Assembly: GCA_018001935.1 (NCBI GenBank)
Contig: JAGNHB010000003.1
Coordinates: forward strand, 120,975 to 184,974
Direction of reading: 5' to 3'
Source: Acidobacteriota bacterium
GTDB taxonomy: Bacteria > Acidobacteriota > JAAYUB01
Length of the DNA stretch: 64,000 nucleotides
The notes under the pieces are model-generated. The model saw only the letters and a list, made by a program, of their open reading frames with translations, was not told where the DNA came from and made no database searches. The position numbers and the translations under genes are program-made. The stretch's first letter is position 1, and each line of letters begins with the position of its first letter. Below are positions 47,015 to 56,868 of this stretch, one piece after another.

Positions 47015-47863
47015 CTAAGCACGGAACGCCTTCGTCACGAGCACGGCGAGGAGGACGAGGGTGCACAGCGTGGAGATCAGGGCGAAGAAGGTGACGCCGG
47101 TGAGGAGCCGCAAGCGGGTGAGGGAGTGCGGGAGGACCGGAACGCGACGGCCGGGAAGGCGGGGAAGGGCCTGCCACTGGTGCCGGACGCTGCGCCAGGC
47201 GGCCAGGGACCACAGCACGAAGGTGGCCAGCCACCCCAGGAGGGCGGGGGTTTTCCCACGGGCGCCGCTGCTCAGGGACATGCCGAAAATTGCGCAGAGC
47301 GGCGCGAGGATCAGAACCCCGAGCAATTGAACGGTGGGGTCGGCAAGCATCCGGGAACGCCGCCGCCGGCCCGCTCGGACCGGCCGGGATTGAGCGGCCG
47401 TCCCGCCGGAGGGCGGTTCGGGGATGCCGCCCGCCGGCGGCGGTGCGAGCCCGGGCAGGGGGGGGGCCGGGGGCGAGAGAGGCGGCGGGGCAGGCGCTTC
47501 GCCCGGGACCCCGTTCCGTTGCAGCACTCGTTTTCGAACGGCCAGGAACTTCAGGCGGTAACGACAGACCGGGCAGAACCAGTCGAGCGCGAGGGTGGGA
47601 TTTTCGGCTGGCCCGATCAGCTGCTCCTCGGTGAGATCCATCTCCCGGGAGGGCGGAAATCCCCAGTAATCCGGGAAGAAAGAGCCAAAGTCGGCGTCAC
47701 AGAAGTCGCAGAGCACCATCCGCTCGCCGGGGAAAACCTCGTACTCGGCGTAGGTGTGCGCACCCTGGCGGAACTCGTCCAGCTCGCGCGGCGCATGGCC
47801 GCAGACGAAGCAGGGCGCCATCTCCCGCCGCTCCATCTCCGACCGGCAGATCGGGCAGTGCAT
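47015..47863 (-). CDS. Hypothetical zinc-ribbon membrane protein
   Basis: In ORF 47015..47965; probable ATG start near 47863 after GGAGGAA; N-terminal CPICRSEM...CFVCGH and CDFCDADF...CPVCRYRL Cys pairs, Pro-rich linker, two C-terminal TM helices. Confidence 0.4.
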   Translation of the reverse strand: MHCPICRSEMERREMAPCFVCGHAPRELDEFRQGAHTYAEYEVFPGERMVLCDFCDADFGSFFPDYWGFPPSREMDLTEEQLIGPAENPTLALDWFCPVCRYRLKFLAVRKRVLQRNGVPGEAPAPPPLSPPAPPLPGLAPPPAGGIPEPPSGGTAAQSRPVRAGRRRRSRMLADPTVQLLGVLILAPLCAIFGMSLSSGARGKTPALLGWLATFVLWSLAAWRSVRHQWQALPRLPGRRVPVLPHSLTRLRLLTGVTFFALISTLCTLVLLAVLVTKAFRA

Positions 47864-47983
47864 GGGTTCCTCCGCCGGGTCCCGGCTTCTCCGGGACTCG
47901 CGGCCTGTTGTACCTGAATCCGCTGCCTGTTGGCCAGAGAAAACCAACGAAGGCGACCCCGACACCCGACGCCCCGGTTCCCG

Positions 47984-49288
47984 TCATTCCGACAGGAGCC
48001 AGTCGACGGCGGAATGGACCTTCACCCCGGCCGGGGTCTCCTTCACCGCTTCGGGAAAGAGGGTCACGAGGCGGAGACCGGCAGCGGGCAATTCCCGCGC
48101 ACCGGCCGAAAGGGCCCGCAGCTCTCTGTCAACCGTCCCGGGGTCGTCCGGGTCGGCGCAGACCTGGATCAGTTCCTGGCGTCCGTCGGGAAACCGGGCC
48201 AGGAAATCGACTTCGTACCCTTCGGGCGATTTGGCGTACGCCAGTTCGGCGCCTCGTCGATCGAGCGACAACAGTACGGCCGTCTCGAGGGCGTGCCCGA
48301 TGTTCGCGCGTCCGGACCGGTCGAAAACAGGGATGAGCCCCGGGTCGATGGGATACACCTTGCGCGGGTTCACCCTGCGCTGGCGTTCGGACGTGGAGGC
48401 GATGCCGATCGTCCGGACCAGGAAGGCGTCCTCCAAATGGGCTAAAAACGCGTGCAGCGTGTCTTTCCCAACGGAGATGCCCTGCGAACGCATGTCGTTG
48501 GCGTACTTGTTGATGCTGAAAAGTCCCGCGGCGTTGCCCAGGAGTTGCCGCGTCAACCAGCGAAGCGCGGTGGGTTGTGAAACGGCGTGGCGCTCCACCA
48601 CGTCCCGGAACAGGGCCACGTCCACGTACCCCCGGAGGAGCTCGAAACGGTCCCGCCCCGTCAGGCCCTGCGCTTCGGGGAACCCTCCCGAAGCGAGATA
48701 GGCCGGAAGCTTGTGGTTCAGCGACGACAGCACGGCCTTGGACAGACGTTCCGTCCCGGCCTCGGGCTCTTTCCCGTGATGGCGCAGGTACTCGCGGAAG
48801 CTGAAGGGGTGAACGAGGGCCTCCATGGACCGCCCCCGCATGCTCGTCGCCACCTCGCGACTGAGGAGGCGCGCCGAGGAGCCGGAGAGGAACAGTTCGA
48901 TGTTCTCGGTGTCCAGGAGCCGACGGACGAAGGTCTCCCAGCCCGGCACCGCCTGGACCTCGTCGAGACAGAAGAGGGTCCGGTCCCGGTCCCTTCCCTC
49001 GGGATACAACCGGAAGAATTCATCCGCCACCCAGTGGAGATCGTCGGCCGTCATCCCCGCCAGGCGGTCGTCCTCGAAGTTGAAGAGGAGTGTCCGCTCC
49101 CGGCCGGCGCCCTGCCGGGCGCGATCGGCGATGACTTGCCAGAGAAAGCAGGTCTTTCCCGTGCGCCGCATTCCGATGACCGCGATCGCCTTGCCCGGGA
49201 CGACCGGGAGATGGACGTCCCGTCGGGTGATCCCCGGGAAAGGCGCCTCCTGGAAATCGATGATCTTTTGTCGGACGATGTTGCGCAT
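47984..49288 (-). CDS. AAA-family ATPase with DUF4143-type C-terminal domain (COG1373-like)
   Basis: 434 aa; Walker A GMRRTGKTC, Walker B LFCLDEVQ; family typical of ATPase plus DUF4143 proteins. Confidence 0.7.
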   Translation of the reverse strand: MRNIVRQKIIDFQEAPFPGITRRDVHLPVVPGKAIAVIGMRRTGKTCFLWQVIADRARQGAGRERTLLFNFEDDRLAGMTADDLHWVADEFFRLYPEGRDRDRTLFCLDEVQAVPGWETFVRRLLDTENIELFLSGSSARLLSREVATSMRGRSMEALVHPFSFREYLRHHGKEPEAGTERLSKAVLSSLNHKLPAYLASGGFPEAQGLTGRDRFELLRGYVDVALFRDVVERHAVSQPTALRWLTRQLLGNAAGLFSINKYANDMRSQGISVGKDTLHAFLAHLEDAFLVRTIGIASTSERQRRVNPRKVYPIDPGLIPVFDRSGRANIGHALETAVLLSLDRRGAELAYAKSPEGYEVDFLARFPDGRQELIQVCADPDDPGTVDRELRALSAGARELPAAGLRLVTLFPEAVKETPAGVKVHSAVDWLLSE

Positions 49289-49292
49289 TTAT

Positions 49293-49345
49293 CCTTTACC
49301 TGAAGATAAAATACCTATTATTTGTCCTTCTGTCAAGGATAAATC
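49293..49345. promoter_or_regulatory. Inverted repeat TTTATCCTT ... AAGGATAAA in AT-rich divergent promoter region
   Basis: TTTATCCTTTACCTGAAGATAAAATACCTATTATTTGTCCTTCTGTCAAGGATAAATC lies directly upstream of the AAA ATPase start and about 340 bp upstream of the divergent histidine kinase. Confidence 0.4.
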
Positions 49346-49683
49346 GTTCTCATGTTATCTTCCTGTTGCGGATATATGTTTCCGGGGCTTGCGCAGCGGG
49401 CGGTTGAGAGCGGGGACGCCGGCATCCTGCCGGAATTTGTCCATTGAACCCAAAGGGGTTGCCGGCAGGGATGACGGCGCTCTGTTAATTTTTTACGCGT
49501 CCGTCGAAGGTCTTTGTCCGTGGGCGGCGGCGCGGGCGTGGTTGAGGGCGGGGAGGCGGGCGAGGACCGACTCCCGCCGGGCTTTTCTCTTGAATTGCCC
49601 CTTCCCGTCGGGTATTGTAAGGCGGTGTTTGGCTCCATCGTACGTCGTCCGCCGGCCCGAAAGCGACCCTGTCGGGGAGACAC

Positions 49684-52600
49684 ATGAAAAAGCCGGGGCG
49701 CCCGCCTTGCACCCTGAATATGTTGAGGATGGCCGTACTCTGCCTGTTGTCGACCCTGGCGGGGCCCTGCGCCCTCCTCGCCCTCGACCCCCACCGGGCG
49801 GTCACCCAGTACATCCTGGAGACCTGGACCAGCGAGAACGGCCTGCCCCAGAACACCGTGCACCGGATCCTGCAGACCCGGGACGGCTTCCTCTGGATCG
49901 GCACCGAGAGCGGGCTGGTCCGCTTCGACGGGATCGAGTTCAGGCTCTTCAACCGGGCCAACACGCCCGCCCTGAGCCGCAACAGCATCCAGGGCCTGTA
50001 CGAGGACCGCAAGGGGACCTTGTGGGTCGGCAACGACGGCGGCGCCTGCTGTTACGCCGCGGGGCGTTTTTTCGACACGCCCGCCACGGTGCAGCTCCGG
50101 GACAAGCCCGTCACGTCCTTTTTCGAGGACGCGACGGGCACCCTGTGGGCGGTGGGGCGGCACGCGGTCTACCGTCTCCGCTCGCTGTCGGCCCAGGCCT
50201 TCCCCGTCCCCATGCGGTTGACGTCGACCTCCCTCCACCAGCGGCAGGCGGTCAACGTCCTTTTCGAGAACGACGGGGGAGTGCTCTTCGCGGGCACCAA
50301 CACGGGGCTTTTCCGCCTGGAGGGCGGGCGGTTCCGGCCGGAACCCGGCTTCGAGACGACTCCGGTGCGCATGGCCTTCCGCGACCGGTCGGGGACCCTC
50401 TGGATGGTGTCGGGCGGCGGCAACTGGCACCGGGTCGCCAGGGGCGGTTTCGAGCCCGTGGTCCGCCCCGGCGGCGAGGGCCTGTCGCCCGGCTCCTTCA
50501 TCAGCGCCGTGGTGGAGGACCGGGACGCCAACCTCTGGGTGGGCACGGCCCGGGACGGGATCCGGCGGATCCACGGGGGGGCCCTGGCCCGCCTGACCGG
50601 GCAGGAGGGGCTCAACGACAACTTCATTCGCTGCCTGTACGAGGACCGGGAGGGGAGCCTCTGGATCGGGACCCACGGCGGGGGCCTGACCCGCCTCAAG
50701 GACGGGAAGCTCTCGGTCCTGGGCCGCCCGGAGGGGCTGCCGGACGAAATGACCTGGTGCGCCCTGGAAAGCCGTTCCGGTCACCTCTGGGTCGGCTCCG
50801 AGGGCGGGCTCACCCGGTTCGACGGCAGCCGGTGCGAGACCTTCGACCTTTCGCGGGGCCTGTCCAACAACAGCGTCCACTGCCTGTACGAGGACCCCGC
50901 CAGGACACTCTGGATCGGCACCTGGAGCGGTGGGCTCAACCGGATGGAAACGGGGGGGAGAATCACCCCGGTGGTGCTTCCCGGCCTGTCCTCCGGCGAG
51001 ATCCTCTCGTGCATCGTGCCCTCCCGGGACGGCTCCCTATGGATCGGCACGCGCGGCGGGGGACTCAAGCGCCTGCGGGACGGGGTCATACAGGCCTGGA
51101 CGACCCGAAACGGCCTCTCCTCCAACGATGTCCTGGCGGTGGCGGAGGACCGGGACGGGACCCTCTGGGTCGCCACCGACGACGGGTTCGACCGCTTGGC
51201 CGACGGCCAGGTCCGACCGGTCGGTCAGGAACCCTGGAAACTGCACCTGCGGAGCCTCTTCCTCGACCGGGAGGGCACCCTGTGGGCCGGGACGAACCAG
51301 TACGGCCTGGTGGGCATCCGCGACGGCCAGGCGCGCGTCTACGGCGCCGCCCAGGGCTTCACCGAGGACCCGGTCACGGCCATCATCGACAACGCGGCGG
51401 GGGATACGCTCTGGGTGTCCACCTTCAACGGGATTCATGCGGTGCTGCGGAAAGACCTCGACGCCCTCGACGCGGGGCTGCTCTCCCGACTCCCCTGCCG
51501 GGTCTTCGGCCCCGCGGACGGGATGCGTAACCGCGAGTGCAACGGCCTGTCCCACCCCCCGGCCTGCCGGTACCGCCTGGGCCGGCTCTGGTTCCCCTCG
51601 GTTTCGGGCGTGGTGATCGTGGACGAGCGCTTCATGAAGCGCAACCCGGTGCCGCCGCCCGTCTCCATCGAGACCGTCACCGTGGACGGGGAGCACCACC
51701 CGGCGGAGGGCACGCCGGAGTACCCCCCCGGCGTGGGGTCCCTCGAGTTCCACTACACCGCCCTGAGCCTGCTGTGGCCTCACCAGGTGCGCTTCAAGTA
51801 CCGCCTCGAGGGGTACGACGCCGGGTGGGTCGACCCGGGGGCCCGCCGGGACGCCTACTACACCAACCTGCCGCCGGGCCGGTACACCTTCCGGGTCATC
51901 GCCTGCAACAACGACGGGGTGTGGAACCAGGCGGGGGCGGCCTTCTCCTTCTACCTCCGGCCGCGGTTCCACCAGACCGTGGGGTTCCAGGCGCTGGTGG
52001 TTCTCGCCCTTGCGCTGGGCGCCTGGGGGATGCTCCACCTGCGGGTCCGCCACCTCAAGGCCCGCAAACGGGAGCTGGAGGAGCGGGTGACGGAGCGCAC
52101 CGAACAACTGGCCGAGGCCAACCGGAAACTCCAGGAACTGGACCGGATGAAGACGGACTTCCTGAACATGGCGGCCCACGAACTCCGGACCCCGCTCACC
52201 TCCGTGGTGGGCTTCGCCAAGATCGTCCGGAAAAAGCAGGAGGAACTGCTGGCGCTGGTCCCCGGGATCGAGGCCGCCCGCAACCCGCGCAGCCTGGCCC
52301 AGGTCCGGGGCAACATGGACATCATCGTCTCGGAGGGGGAGCGCCTGACCCACCTCATCAACGACCTTCTGGACATCGCCAAGCTGGAGGCCGGCAAGAT
52401 CGAGTGGCGCATGGAGCGGCTCGAGGTCGGGGAACTGGTGCGCCACGCCGTGGAGTCCACCTCGTCCCTGTTCGAGCAGTACCGCCTGTCCGCGGAAGAG
52501 CGGGTGGACCCCGGCCTGCCCGCGGTCCGGGGGGACCGCGAACGCCTGTTGCAGGTCCTGCTCAACCTCCTCTCGAACGCCGTGAAATTCACGCGGGAAG

Positions 52601-53019
52601 GGGAGCGGGTCACCGTGGAAGCCCGCCTGGCGCATGAGCGGGTGGAAAAGGCGGCGGCCGGCCCGCCCGGGACCGTCTTTTCCGAAAGCGGCGGCGGGGA
52701 GCCCCCCGACGAGGCCGGCGGGAACGGGCGCCGCCGGGTGGTGGTGTCCGTCCGTGACCGGGGCGTCGGCATCGCCCCCGAGGACCTTCCCGCCGTTTTC
52801 GAGAAGTTCACCCAGCTGGGCCCGAACCGGGAGGGCGTTTTGCGGGGCACCGGGCTCGGCCTCACCATCAGCCGCCAGATCGTCGAGCACCACGGCGGCC
52901 GGATCTGGGTGGACAGCACTCCCGGGCTGGGAAGCGTCTTCTCGTTCTCCCTCCCGATCGAGACGGAACCCGGGCCGACCGGCTTGCCTGACCCCGGCAT
53001 CGCGGCACAAGAGAGGTAA
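49684..53019 (+). CDS. Sensor histidine kinase with periplasmic two-component-regulator propeller (Reg_prop x about 13) + Y_Y_Y sensor domain; no receiver domain
   Basis: 1111 aa; signal peptide; repeated LW[IV]GT..GL.R motifs; Y_Y_Y YRLEGYDAGWVDPGARRDAYYTNLPPGRYTFRV; TM ALVVLALALGAWGMLHL; HisKA H-box MAAHELRTPLTSV; HATPase_c (N, G1, G2 boxes ...GTGLGLTISRQIVEHHGGRIW). Confidence 0.9.
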   Translation: MKKPGRPPCTLNMLRMAVLCLLSTLAGPCALLALDPHRAVTQYILETWTSENGLPQNTVHRILQTRDGFLWIGTESGLVRFDGIEFRLFNRANTPALSRNSIQGLYEDRKGTLWVGNDGGACCYAAGRFFDTPATVQLRDKPVTSFFEDATGTLWAVGRHAVYRLRSLSAQAFPVPMRLTSTSLHQRQAVNVLFENDGGVLFAGTNTGLFRLEGGRFRPEPGFETTPVRMAFRDRSGTLWMVSGGGNWHRVARGGFEPVVRPGGEGLSPGSFISAVVEDRDANLWVGTARDGIRRIHGGALARLTGQEGLNDNFIRCLYEDREGSLWIGTHGGGLTRLKDGKLSVLGRPEGLPDEMTWCALESRSGHLWVGSEGGLTRFDGSRCETFDLSRGLSNNSVHCLYEDPARTLWIGTWSGGLNRMETGGRITPVVLPGLSSGEILSCIVPSRDGSLWIGTRGGGLKRLRDGVIQAWTTRNGLSSNDVLAVAEDRDGTLWVATDDGFDRLADGQVRPVGQEPWKLHLRSLFLDREGTLWAGTNQYGLVGIRDGQARVYGAAQGFTEDPVTAIIDNAAGDTLWVSTFNGIHAVLRKDLDALDAGLLSRLPCRVFGPADGMRNRECNGLSHPPACRYRLGRLWFPSVSGVVIVDERFMKRNPVPPPVSIETVTVDGEHHPAEGTPEYPPGVGSLEFHYTALSLLWPHQVRFKYRLEGYDAGWVDPGARRDAYYTNLPPGRYTFRVIACNNDGVWNQAGAAFSFYLRPRFHQTVGFQALVVLALALGAWGMLHLRVRHLKARKRELEERVTERTEQLAEANRKLQELDRMKTDFLNMAAHELRTPLTSVVGFAKIVRKKQEELLALVPGIEAARNPRSLAQVRGNMDIIVSEGERLTHLINDLLDIAKLEAGKIEWRMERLEVGELVRHAVESTSSLFEQYRLSAEERVDPGLPAVRGDRERLLQVLLNLLSNAVKFTREGERVTVEARLAHERVEKAAAGPPGTVFSESGGGEPPDEAGGNGRRRVVVSVRDRGVGIAPEDLPAVFEKFTQLGPNREGVLRGTGLGLTISRQIVEHHGGRIWVDSTPGLGSVFSFSLPIETEPGPTGLPDPGIAAQER

Positions 53020-53023
53020 ACCA

Positions 53024-55624
53024 ATGACAAACCTTGACATCCTGCTCGTCCGAACCCTCGTTCGGACCCGTGGCCCGGCCTGTTTCCCATGGGTGCTTCT
53101 CCTGGTTGCCGGGCTCGGCGGTCTGGCGGGGGCCCAGGTCCCCGTCGGGCGGATCGACCTCCCGGGCAGGGACCTCGGCGGGGTCCTGGTTCATGCCCCG
53201 ACCGGCCGGGTCTGCGTGTACAATGCCACGGACGCGAAGGTCCACCTGTTCGACGGGCTCACGCTGGGAGCGGTGGCGACGGTTTCCGACGTCGGGTCCA
53301 TGAACGGGATGCTGCTTCACCAGGGGGCCGGCCGCCTTTTCATCAGTTCCATGGCCGGCCGGGAGGTCACCGTCGTCGACCTCGCGTCCGCCCAGGTGGT
53401 CGGTCGGGTTCCCACGACCCAGTATCACCTGATGGCCCTGGACGAGACCGCGGGGTACCTTCTCCTGCTCGATGAAAACCACCTTCAGCGCATCGACGTG
53501 AACAGCCTGTCGATTTCCTTTCTCGAAGGCCTGACGGCCAACGTCTTCTACATGGACCTGGCCGTCAACCCGGCGACCCATGAACTGTTCATCGGCAACG
53601 CGCTGTCCGGTTACCTGGAAGTGGTGGACATCCTCAGCTTCGCCCGGTCCAGCCTGACCTACGACGGCGTGCGCAGCTGCGGGCCGGCGGTCGGCATAAA
53701 CCCACTGCGAAACAAGGTTTGTATCTCGACCGGCATGGGGGTCCATGTCCCTTTCATCCTGTTCGACCGTGCGGCCGGAAGCTCCCGGCTGCTGTACGCG
53801 GACAACGACAACCTCCGCTTCTTCTATCACCCGGGGATGGACGCCCTGTTCACCTCGGTGGAAGTGAACAATATCTGCACCATCCTGCGGGGAGCGGACG
53901 ACGCCTTCTTCAACCTCCCCATGCAGGGGCCGATCCTCAACCTGGCCTTCAGCCCGTCCACCGGTCACGTCTACTTCGCCGGCGCGTCCTTCCTGGGCTT
54001 TTACGACCCCTCGAGCGACTTCCTGGCGTTGATTCCCCCCGAGGGGACCCCCCCGGGGGGCGCCGCCGTGTTCGAAGCGGATGCCGGCGCGGCGCCGTCC
54101 CCGGCCATGGCGCCGACCCCCTCGACGGCCCCGGCCGCCGACCCTCCCGAGTTGGACCTGGACCCCGTCACGGGCCGGGTCTTCTTTCTCCGGAACAACG
54201 CCGTGCACGTCTTCCAGGACACCGACGCCCCCGTTCGCCCCCCCTTGATCATCCTGGATTCGCACTACTCCATCTGGGACCCCGTCAGCCGCACGCTGAG
54301 GTCGACGCGAACCGGTTCGGAGGGGTTCGGCAACGGGTCGGCGGTTCGCCCGGGCACCGGCCGGGTCTACATCCCCGAACAGGCCTGGGGCCGTGTCGGG
54401 ATCTACACCGGGTGCGGCCCTTACGCCCGCATCGGTTACCTTCCCTGCGGCGGCCAGGGCCCCTCGACCCTGGCGTTCGCCCCCGACGGCTCCCGCCTGT
54501 ACGTGGTCAACGAGAATTCCGACAGCGTGGGCGTCATCGACCCGGACCAGGGGACCGTCATCGCCGCCATCCCCGTGGGGGACCTTCCCGCGGGGATCGC
54601 CGTGCACCCGGACGGTACGCGTGTCTACGTCGCCAACAACTGGGGAAAGTCCGTGTCGGTGATCGACACCCGTTCCCTGGGCGTGACGGCCACCATCTCC
54701 ACCGCCCCGCCCGGCCAGCCCTACGCCGGGTACCCGCGCGGCGTGGCCGTCACCCGGGGCGGCGCCCGGGTCCTGGTGGTCAACGAAAACCCCTCCTCGC
54801 TGGCGGTCATCGACACGAAAACCAACACCAAGCTCGGCCACGTCTCCCTGGGGGGAAGTGCCAGCTCCCAGCACCCGTCCTGGATCGCCCTCACGCCCGA
54901 CGGGGAAACCGCCTACATCACCAATCTCTTTTCCAACACCGTCTCCGTGGTGGACGTCAAGGGGCTGACGCTCAAGAGCACCCTGACGGTCGGGACGAAC
55001 CCGACCCACCTGGCAGTTCTTCCGGACGCCAGTGAAGTGTGGGTCTACAACGAAAACTACGCCGGGCTTCCCTCGCTTTCCATCGTCAAGCACCCCGAAG
55101 GAACCGTCGCCGCCCTGACCCCTTACACCAACCACTGGATCGGCCAGGGATTCGCCGCCCCCGACCCCTACAGCCGCGTCCAGGGCCTGGTGGAAACCGC
55201 GCAGGGGCCGGCGACGGCCGCCGCGGTCCGCCTTTCCCCCCGAGTCGGGGCCGACCGGACGGTGAACACCGACCTTCGGGGGGAATACGCCCTGGCCGGA
55301 TTGCCCGTCGGTGCCGGGGATGTCCGGGTGACCCTGCCGGGGCACACCGCCCGGAACCACTTCGACCTCACCCTCGGTCTCGGGAGGACCCTTTTCTTCC
55401 CCGACAAGCTCTCCGTGCAACCGCTCCCGGGCGACCTCGACGAAACCGGGGAGGTTGGGCTCGCCGACCTGGTCCTGATGGACCTTTACCTGGCCGGGAA
55501 CCTCACCCCGGGGCAGGGTCGTTTCACCGCCCCGCTTCAGGCCGGGGACCTCAACGGCGACGGATTGCTGAACGCCGCGGACCGGGGCTTGCTGGCCGAC
55601 CGGCTCAGTGCCTCCGGGAATTGA
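53024..55624 (+). CDS. Secreted YVTN-family beta-propeller repeat protein with CarboxypepD_reg-like domain and C-terminal dockerin-like module
   Basis: In ORF 52634..55624 frame; ATG 53024 (AGAGAGG SD) 5 nt after the HK stop; signal peptide; repeated ...LYVVNENSDSVGVIDPDQGTVIAAIPVG..P.GIAV.PDG.RVYVAN... units; C-terminus GDLDETGEVGLADLVLMDLYLAGN...GDLNGDGLLNAADRGLLADRL = duplicated Ca-binding dockerin-type loops. Confidence 0.7.
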   Translation: MTNLDILLVRTLVRTRGPACFPWVLLLVAGLGGLAGAQVPVGRIDLPGRDLGGVLVHAPTGRVCVYNATDAKVHLFDGLTLGAVATVSDVGSMNGMLLHQGAGRLFISSMAGREVTVVDLASAQVVGRVPTTQYHLMALDETAGYLLLLDENHLQRIDVNSLSISFLEGLTANVFYMDLAVNPATHELFIGNALSGYLEVVDILSFARSSLTYDGVRSCGPAVGINPLRNKVCISTGMGVHVPFILFDRAAGSSRLLYADNDNLRFFYHPGMDALFTSVEVNNICTILRGADDAFFNLPMQGPILNLAFSPSTGHVYFAGASFLGFYDPSSDFLALIPPEGTPPGGAAVFEADAGAAPSPAMAPTPSTAPAADPPELDLDPVTGRVFFLRNNAVHVFQDTDAPVRPPLIILDSHYSIWDPVSRTLRSTRTGSEGFGNGSAVRPGTGRVYIPEQAWGRVGIYTGCGPYARIGYLPCGGQGPSTLAFAPDGSRLYVVNENSDSVGVIDPDQGTVIAAIPVGDLPAGIAVHPDGTRVYVANNWGKSVSVIDTRSLGVTATISTAPPGQPYAGYPRGVAVTRGGARVLVVNENPSSLAVIDTKTNTKLGHVSLGGSASSQHPSWIALTPDGETAYITNLFSNTVSVVDVKGLTLKSTLTVGTNPTHLAVLPDASEVWVYNENYAGLPSLSIVKHPEGTVAALTPYTNHWIGQGFAAPDPYSRVQGLVETAQGPATAAAVRLSPRVGADRTVNTDLRGEYALAGLPVGAGDVRVTLPGHTARNHFDLTLGLGRTLFFPDKLSVQPLPGDLDETGEVGLADLVLMDLYLAGNLTPGQGRFTAPLQAGDLNGDGLLNAADRGLLADRLSASGN

Positions 55625-55760
55625 AACGGGGCGCCGGGGGCGCTGCGCGAGGCGAACAGCGGGCCCCCGTGGAAAACCGGAAACAAATGCACCGCATTCC
55701 AGTATGATTTAGGGAATCCTCGAGGCCACCGGCCGCCATGTCTTTTTCGTGGAGGAAATC

Positions 55761-56807
55761 GTGGTCAAGAAAAGCAGCCCGTCGGGCACCGACCGCCGGG
55801 ACTTCCTCAAGCAGCTCGCCGCCGCGGGCCTGGTCTTGTGCGTCCTGCCGGGAGAGGCCCTCCCGCGGCCGGAGAATGCGCCCGCCGCGCCCGCCCCCGC
55901 GCCCGCCGCCGGGGCCATCCGGTACCAGTACCGGACCGTCTCGGTGAAGCACCTCCCCGAGCTGGAGGCCTGGTTCACCAAGCTCAAGCAGGAAAAGCGG
56001 ATCAGCGACCACCCCATCTTCCGGAAGTGGATCGACGGCTTCGTCTTCAAGGCCCCCGAGAAGATGCCCGGCGCCCGGTCGCTGGTGGTGACCTCCCTGC
56101 CGCAGAAGATCGGGTCCGTCACCCTCAACCGGGAGGGGAAGCGCTACACGGTGATCGTCGCCCCCGGTTACGTCGATGACGGCATCACCTTCCCGGTGTT
56201 CCAGGAGACGCTGTGCCGTGACGTTTTGAAAAAGCCCGGCTCGCCGCTGATCTTCGCGCGGCTTCCCCTGAAAACCCTCGCGGTCCGCTGCGGCCTGGCG
56301 GAGTACGGCCGGAACAACGTGACCTACGTCAAGGGGTACGGCAGCTTCCACCAGCTGCTCGCCTTTTACACCGAGGTGGAGTTGCCGGACCAGTGGCGGC
56401 CGCTCAAGCAGATGGCCGTCTGCAAACGGTGCGGTCTCTGCTCCGACACCTGCCCGACGAAGGCGATCCGCAAGCCGGAGTTCGTCATCGACGCCGGTAA
56501 GTGCATCTCGCTCTACAACGAGATCCCCGATCCCATGCCCGACTGGATCGACCCCAAGGCGCACAACGCCCTGGCGGGGTGCATGAAGTGCCAGTACCAG
56601 TGCCTCGGGAACCGCGGGCTGACCGGCGACGTGGACAACGTCGGGGAACTGACCGAAGCCGAAACCGGCCTGCTGCTGGAAGAGCGGCGGGACGCGGCGA
56701 TGGAGGCGGTCATCATCGAGAAGCTGAAGCGGCTGCCCATCGTGAAGAACATCCCCTACGTCTCGCGGAACCTGAAGCTGGCCTTCGCCAACTGCACGCC
56801 GATGTGA
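55761..56807 (+). CDS. Tat-exported 4Fe-4S cluster protein of the QueG / reductive-dehalogenase-like fold
   Basis: In ORF 55749..56807; better start GTG 55761 (GGAGGAA SD 4 nt upstream); twin-arginine motif DRRDFLKQLAAAGLVL; CKRCGLCSDTCP (CxxCxxCxxxCP) + CMKCQYQC (CxxCxxxC) ferredoxin motifs as in RdhA/QueG C-termini. Confidence 0.65.
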   Translation: MVKKSSPSGTDRRDFLKQLAAAGLVLCVLPGEALPRPENAPAAPAPAPAAGAIRYQYRTVSVKHLPELEAWFTKLKQEKRISDHPIFRKWIDGFVFKAPEKMPGARSLVVTSLPQKIGSVTLNREGKRYTVIVAPGYVDDGITFPVFQETLCRDVLKKPGSPLIFARLPLKTLAVRCGLAEYGRNNVTYVKGYGSFHQLLAFYTEVELPDQWRPLKQMAVCKRCGLCSDTCPTKAIRKPEFVIDAGKCISLYNEIPDPMPDWIDPKAHNALAGCMKCQYQCLGNRGLTGDVDNVGELTEAETGLLLEERRDAAMEAVIIEKLKRLPIVKNIPYVSRNLKLAFANCTPM

Positions 56808-56817
56808 GGGCGGGAAG

Positions 56818-56868
56818 GTTATCGCGCCAAAGGACGAAAGGACCCAAAGGACCAAAACGACCCAAAGG
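56818..56868. repeat. Solo octamer array (AAAGGACN)n arm plus conserved core start (third locus; no inverted partner)
   Basis: CCAAAGGACGAAAGGACCCAAAGGACCAAAACGACCCAAAGGACGGAGAGCGCGAAAAGGGTCGGGG; the post-array GGACGGAGAG.GCG..GGGT.GGGG matches locus 59676-59740. Confidence 0.7.

Noticed and set aside
46798-47094. Plus-strand ORFs between tRNA-Ser and the zinc-ribbon gene (e.g. 46798..47094, 46955..47917)
   Set aside because: Arg/Gly-rich wrong-frame products overlapping the minus-strand gene 47015..47863; no SD or start context.
49684-53019. Hybrid histidine kinase / BT4663-like hybrid two-component system call
   Set aside because: The protein ends right after the HATPase_c G2 box; no receiver (Dx..D...K) or AraC HTH follows, so it is called a plain sensor kinase.
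52634-55624. 996-aa extent of the YVTN/dockerin gene as listed, overlapping the histidine kinase 3' end by ~390 nt
   Set aside because: The upstream 130 codons lack a start context and overlap the HK HATPase domain in another frame. ATG 53024 with an SD 5 nt after the HK stop, followed by a signal peptide, is the real start.
55625-55760. Alternative ATG (55738) or GTG (55749) starts for the Fe-S protein
   Set aside because: ATG 55738 is in another frame, and GTG 55749 has no SD. GTG 55761 has GGAGGAA 4 nt upstream and leaves a canonical short n-region before the RR Tat motif; either in-frame choice changes the protein by only 4 aa.
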